Positions 56,531 to 64,000 of a stretch of DNA of 64,000 bases are shown here, piece after piece. A program made the position numbers and the translations under genes. The notes under the pieces are model-generated. The model was not told where the DNA came from. It worked only from the letters and a program-made list of their open reading frames with translations, and did not search any database. Position 1 is the first letter of the stretch; every line of letters begins with the position of its first letter. Source of the stretch: an uncultured Bacteroidales bacterium (GTDB taxonomy: Bacteria; Bacteroidota; Bacteroidia; Bacteroidales; UBA932); contig CAMYVB010000008.1 of the NCBI GenBank assembly GCA_947302175.1, forward strand, positions 5,132-69,131. The letters run 5' to 3'.

Positions 56531-57715
56531 ATGATTAAGCGCATCAGCGACACCCTCGCTTACATCGGAACGGACGACCTCGATTTAGACCTTTTTGAAA
56601 GCCAGTACATCGTGCCCGAAGGCATGGCCTACAACTCCTATCTGCTCACCGCTGGTAAGACGGCCATCATGGATACCGTCGATGCCCGCAAGGGCGAAGA
56701 GTGGTTGGCAAATCTGGACGAGGCGCTTGGCGGCCGCACTCCTGACTATTTAGTCGTGCACCACATGGAGCCCGACCATTCCGCGCTGATCGTCAGCGTG
56801 ATGCAGCGCTGGCCGTCGCTGGTGCTCGTGGCTTCCGCAAAAGCAATCGCGATGCTGCCCCAGTTTTTCGAGGATTTCCCTTTTGCTGACCGCTGCAAGG
56901 CAGTATCTGAGGGTGAGGTGCTCGACCTTGGTGGGCATGAGCTCAAGTTTTTCATGGCGCCCATGGTGCACTGGCCCGAGGTTATGGTTTCGCTCGACCT
57001 GGAGACCGGCGCCCTTTTCAGCGCTGATGCTTTCGGCAAGTTCGGCGCCCTTTCGAAATGCGGTTATACCGGCGAGGAGGAGCAGGACTGGGTGTGCGAG
57101 GCGCGCCGTTATTATTTCAATATTGTAGGTAAATACGGCGCCCCGGTGCAGACTTTGCTGAAAAAGCTCCCTGCCGAGGCTATCAAGGCCGTTTATCCGC
57201 TCCACGGCCCCATGCTGGAGACCAATCTTGCTTACTACAAAGGTCTTTATGATACTTGGAGCAAGTATGAGGCTGAGACTCAAGGCGTTTTCATCGCCTG
57301 CGCTTCAATCCACGGCGGTACGCTCGCCGCAGCAGAAAAGCTCGCCGAAATCCTGAAGGCCAAGGGTGCGCCTAAGGTGGTGCTTGGCGACCTGACACGC
57401 AGCGATTTCGCCGAGAATGTGGAGGATGCGTTCCGTTATCCGAGAATCGTGCTGGCCGCTTCGTCCTATGACGGCTCAGTTTTTACGCCCATGCACAATT
57501 TCCTGCATGTACTTCAGGCCAAGGGTTATTGCAAGCGCAAGGTCGCTCTTGTCGAGAACGGTTCATGGGCTCCCAGCGCTGCAAGGACCATGCGCGCGAT
57601 GCTCGCCGAGATGAAAGAGATCGATGTCGTAGAGCCTGTCGTGACCATTCGCAGCCGTCTCAAAGCTGCCGACGTTCCTGCCCTCGAGGCCCTCGCAGAC
57701 GCCATTCTGGCCTAG
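56531..57715 (+). CDS. fprA: FprA-family flavodiiron protein
   Basis: YNSYL, HHMEPDH, PMVHWPE, FSADAFG and PLHG motifs followed by a flavodoxin domain. Confidence 0.92.
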   Translation: MIKRISDTLAYIGTDDLDLDLFESQYIVPEGMAYNSYLLTAGKTAIMDTVDARKGEEWLANLDEALGGRTPDYLVVHHMEPDHSALIVSVMQRWPSLVLVASAKAIAMLPQFFEDFPFADRCKAVSEGEVLDLGGHELKFFMAPMVHWPEVMVSLDLETGALFSADAFGKFGALSKCGYTGEEEQDWVCEARRYYFNIVGKYGAPVQTLLKKLPAEAIKAVYPLHGPMLETNLAYYKGLYDTWSKYEAETQGVFIACASIHGGTLAAAEKLAEILKAKGAPKVVLGDLTRSDFAENVEDAFRYPRIVLAASSYDGSVFTPMHNFLHVLQAKGYCKRKVALVENGSWAPSAARTMRAMLAEMKEIDVVEPVVTIRSRLKAADVPALEALADAILA

Positions 57716-57767
57716 AATGGTCCTGTTTGGAATTAGGAAAAAAGCGCTATATTTGCACATCGCAATC

Positions 57768-57839
57768 GCGGAAGTAGCTCAGTGGTAGAGCATCGGCTTC
57801 CCAAGCCGAGGGTCGCGGGTTCGAATCCCGTTTTCCGCT
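57768..57839 (+). tRNA. tRNA-Gly(CCC)
   Basis: GCGGAAG acceptor stem, TCGGC-ttCCCaa-GCCGA anticodon arm, GGTTCGAATCCC; promoter TTTG (57726-57729) and TATATTTG (57748-57755). Confidence 0.94.
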
Positions 57840-57901
57840 CACTCTTTTGACGGCAGCCGCATGGTTGCCGTCGGTCGTTTGGGAGCGGCGAGGTCGAAAA
57901 C

Positions 57902-57932
57902 TTTGAGAAAGACAAAAAACTGATTAAATTTG
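57902..57932 (+). promoter_or_regulatory. Sigma-A promoter upstream of secA
   Basis: TTTG (57902-57905), 19-nt spacer, TAAATTTG (57925-57932). Confidence 0.65.
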
Positions 57933-58137
57933 CATGATTTGGCCGGAAGGTCGGGCAGGTGGCGGGCATTATGCCGCGCTGTATGCCACGCAAATGCCGC
58001 AAAACAGTCTGCCATATTGGCAAAAACTGCTATTTAGCAAGGTGTTTGCTTTGCAGGTCAGCGCATGACTGGCAAACGCATACCCAGCCGGCGAACAAAA
58101 GGCCAACCAACAAAACAGAAAAACAAAGAAAGACAAT

Positions 58138-61434
<3,297 letters not shown>

Positions 61435-61435
61435 A

Positions 61436-61465
61436 AAAAGGGCTGGCCAAGCGGCCAGCCCTTTT
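61436..61465. terminator. Bidirectional terminator between secA and hpf
   Basis: AAAAGGGCTGGCC-aagc-GGCCAGCCCTTTT. Confidence 0.88.
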
Positions 61466-61468
61466 CGT

Positions 61469-61762
61469 TTATGCTTCGTTGCGTTTTTCCTTGGCGCGGG
61501 TGAGACGCTCTTTCATGGCGTCGGCGCATTCTGTGACGGCATCCTCGAAGGTCTTGGCGTTGCGCTCAACGATGAGCTCGTCGCCGGGGATGTGGATCTG
61601 GATCTTGACGTTCTTGTTCTCAGGCTCGTGGAGGAGGGTCATGGTCACGAGTACATCGGTCACGTGGTCATGGAATTTCTCGAGCTTCGAGACTTTCTTC
61701 TCGACGAAGGCGACCAGCTTCTGGTCGGCGTCGAACTTGAGGGATTTGATGCTAATCTCCAT
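61469..61762 (-). CDS. hpf: Ribosome hibernation factor HPF/RaiA family
   Basis: 97 aa; FVEKKVSKLEKF...ENK...TFEDAV pattern; downstream of the XerC-like gene as is usual in Bacteroidetes. Confidence 0.85.
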   Translation of the reverse strand: MEISIKSLKFDADQKLVAFVEKKVSKLEKFHDHVTDVLVTMTLLHEPENKNVKIQIHIPGDELIVERNAKTFEDAVTECADAMKERLTRAKEKRNEA

Positions 61763-62732
61763 GGTTACCTCTCTTTTTTGCCCTTGGATGGGCGGATTTG
61801 TAAACTTTTTTCAGTTGGTCGACGCTGCTGTGGGTATAGACCTGCGTTGCTGCGAGGGAGGAGTGACCCAGGAGTTCCTTTATCGAACTGAGGTCGGCTC
61901 CGTCTTCGAGCAGGCCGGTCGCCAGGGTGTGGCGCAGGGCGTGGGGGGATTTCCTCCCCTGGAAACCAGGCGCTTCGGAAAGCTCCCTCTTGACTGCCCT
62001 GTCCACATAGACTGGGTAGAGGGGACGGCCCGAAGCCGTTAGAAGTAAGGCCCTTTGCGCATCCGGCCCCAAGCCGGTCATCGCTTCAACCGATTGTAAA
62101 TATAATAAAATTTCCTCGCAAAGCGAATCTGTGAGAGGAATTTCTCTGACTTTGTCGCCTTTTCCGCGGACGCGAATGGTTTTTCTCGAGAAATCGAGCG
62201 CGCCGCAGCTTAGGGCTACGAGCTCGGAGCGGCGTATTCCCGTGCCGTAGAGAAGGGAGATAATCATGCGCCTGAGGCGCCTTTCATATATATCTATGGC
62301 CATTTTTCCGCTCGCGGCCTTCTGCTCCTCCAGGGAGGTGGAGTCGCAGTAGAAGGCGGTGGAGGAGAAGTAGGCCTTCATTTCTTCGTCGCGATAGAAT
62401 ACGGGAAGGCGCTTTGGCGTCTTCGGGCGGGGGATGCTGCGCACGGGGTTGGATTGCAGGAGATCCTCGCGCACGAGGTATTTGCACAGGCTGCTAAGGA
62501 CAGAGAGGTGCAGGCCCACGGTCCTCGGGTCTTCCTTTTTGTCGTCAAGAAGGTGAAGCTCGTAATTGCGTATGTGGGCGGGCGAGAGGGCGGCGAGGGC
62601 CTTGTCGTCGCTCAGTTCCCCTTCGACGCTGAACTCGAAGTATTCCTTGAGGACGGCGGAGTAGATTTCGCAGGTCCTGGGGGAGTAGCGGCGGATATCC
62701 TTTATATAAGATATGTAGTCCTGAACTATCAT
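61752..62732 (-). CDS. xerC: XerC-like tyrosine recombinase
   Basis: RYSPRT, GIRRSEL, GKGDK, HALRH, LLGH and TQVY catalytic motifs. Confidence 0.85.
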   Translation of the reverse strand: MIVQDYISYIKDIRRYSPRTCEIYSAVLKEYFEFSVEGELSDDKALAALSPAHIRNYELHLLDDKKEDPRTVGLHLSVLSSLCKYLVREDLLQSNPVRSIPRPKTPKRLPVFYRDEEMKAYFSSTAFYCDSTSLEEQKAASGKMAIDIYERRLRRMIISLLYGTGIRRSELVALSCGALDFSRKTIRVRGKGDKVREIPLTDSLCEEILLYLQSVEAMTGLGPDAQRALLLTASGRPLYPVYVDRAVKRELSEAPGFQGRKSPHALRHTLATGLLEDGADLSSIKELLGHSSLAATQVYTHSSVDQLKKVYKSAHPRAKKRGNHGD

Positions 62733-64000
62733 TTCGCGGCCTCATTGAGCCCCAGGCCTTCGGCGAGGCTGCGCATCAGGGCGTCGGCCTCCTCGAAAGA
62801 GTTGGCGATGCGGCCGTCGAGTATGGCTTCCTTGACCTCTTCCTTGATGATGCCTATGACTTTGCCCGGGCCTATGCCGTAGACTTCCATTATGTGCTCG
62901 CCTGTGATGGGGTTCTTGAAGTTGCGAATTTCGTCCCTGGCCTCGACTTCCACCATCTTTTGTTTCACGAGCTCGAAGTTGGACCTTATGCGCGCGACTT
63001 TCACGGGGTTTTTGGAGGTGATGTCGGCGTTGCAGAGGAGCATAAGGTCGTCGATGTCGTTGCCGGCCTCGAAAAGGAGCCTTCGCACTGCGCTGTCGGT
63101 CACTTCGTCGTCAACGAGGGCTATGGGCCTGAGGTGGAGCTTTACCAGCTTCTGGACGTATTTCATTTTCTCGTTTAGGGGCAGCGAGAGCTTTTTGAAG
63201 ATGCGTGGGACCATTTTTGCGCCTATCATTTCGTGGCCGTGGAAGGTCCAGCCCGTGGAGGGGTCGTAGCGCTTGGAGGCGGGTTTGCCTATATCGTGCA
63301 GGAGAGCGGCCCACCTGAGCCAGAGACAGGGGGCGGTGCGCACTTCTTCGGTGAAGGTGCTGCCGTCGAGCGTAACGCCGTAGTCGTGGAGTTCTCCCCG
63401 CTCTATGGCGGCGATTTCCGCTGCTGCGGTATTGTCCAGTACTGAGAGGGTGTGCGAGAAATTCTCCTTGTGCCCGCGACCCTCAACAGTCTCCACTCCT
63501 TTGAGCGCAAGCAGCTCAGGGAGAATGTATTGCAGGAGATTGGCCTCGTCCATCAGGCGGAAAGCTTCGGAGGGGCGGGGAGTGATGAGCATTTTGTTCA
63601 GTTCCTCCGTGATGCGCTCCTGGGAGAGGATTTTGAGCCTCTCGGCGTTGCGGCGCATCGATTCCAGGGACTCGGGAACTATCGTGAAGTGCAGCTCAGG
63701 GGTAGAAAGTTTGGTGGCGAACCTGATGGCCCGGAGCATTCGCAGGGGGTCGTCGCTATAGGTGGTGTCGGGGTCGAGCGGGGTGCGGATGATGCCGGCG
63801 GCGAGGTCACGTATGCCGCCGAAAGGGTCCACCAGCTCCCCGAAGTTCTCCTCCTGGAGGCTGAAAGCCATTGCGTTGATAGTGAAGTCGCGGCGCTGCT
63901 GGTCGTCCTCGAGGGTGCCGTTTTCCACTATGGGGTTGCGCGATTCCCGTCTGTAGGATTCCTTGCGGGCGCCGACAAACTCGATTTCGTCGCCTTTGTA
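62729..64000 (-). CDS. cca: CCA tRNA nucleotidyltransferase/poly(A) polymerase family with HD domain, partial (start beyond window)
   Basis: EFVGARKESY, RRDFTINAM, DDPLRMLRAIRF and LLHDIGK motifs. Confidence 0.88.
   Translation of the reverse strand, partial: YKGDEIEFVGARKESYRRESRNPIVENGTLEDDQQRRDFTINAMAFSLQEENFGELVDPFGGIRDLAAGIIRTPLDPDTTYSDDPLRMLRAIRFATKLSTPELHFTIVPESLESMRRNAERLKILSQERITEELNKMLITPRPSEAFRLMDEANLLQYILPELLALKGVETVEGRGHKENFSHTLSVLDNTAAAEIAAIERGELHDYGVTLDGSTFTEEVRTAPCLWLRWAALLHDIGKPASKRYDPSTGWTFHGHEMIGAKMVPRIFKKLSLPLNEKMKYVQKLVKLHLRPIALVDDEVTDSAVRRLLFEAGNDIDDLMLLCNADITSKNPVKVARIRSNFELVKQKMVEVEARDEIRNFKNPITGEHIMEVYGIGPGKVIGIIKEEVKEAILDGRIANSFEEADALMRSLAEGLGLNEAAK

Noticed and set aside
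61752-62732. Tyrosine recombinase as marker of a prophage or ICE
   Set aside because: Embedded between cca and hpf in a housekeeping context; no phage or conjugation genes or att repeats seen nearby

Overview
GC-rich Bacteroidales-type chromosomal segment, identified by SusC/SusD pairs, TAnnTTTG promoters and a ~1100-aa SecA. Bases 1-38.9 kb are a glycan-foraging region. It holds a partial sialidase, a GH31-GH2-ROK-six-hairpin GH-GH29 operon divergent from SusC/SusD pair 1, and two GH92 mannosidases. A second SusC/SusD operon carries no recognisable glycoside hydrolase but encodes a surface metallophosphoesterase and a secreted ADP-ribosylglycohydrolase-family protein. Two self-contained cassettes are interspersed, each with an unannotated 41-44 aa peptide gene (shared YxxPxxE...IxxS motif and the same promoter variant) directly upstream of a type V pilin/fimbrillin-like lipoprotein bearing a different C-terminal passenger (M64 peptidase or GLUG-like repeats). 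This pairing is the most novel-looking system here. Bases 38.9-64 kb are mostly housekeeping genes: MsbA-like ABC transporter, TPR protein, pgi, peptidases, aminotransferase, tRNA-Val, mscS, fprA, tRNA-Gly, secA, hpf, XerC-like recombinase and partial cca. This half also contains a yefM-yoeB module bracketed by a duplicated hairpin next to tRNA-Val, a degenerate M28 peptidase and a 31-aa sORF with its own promoter. All calls come from reading motifs by eye; no database searches were run.
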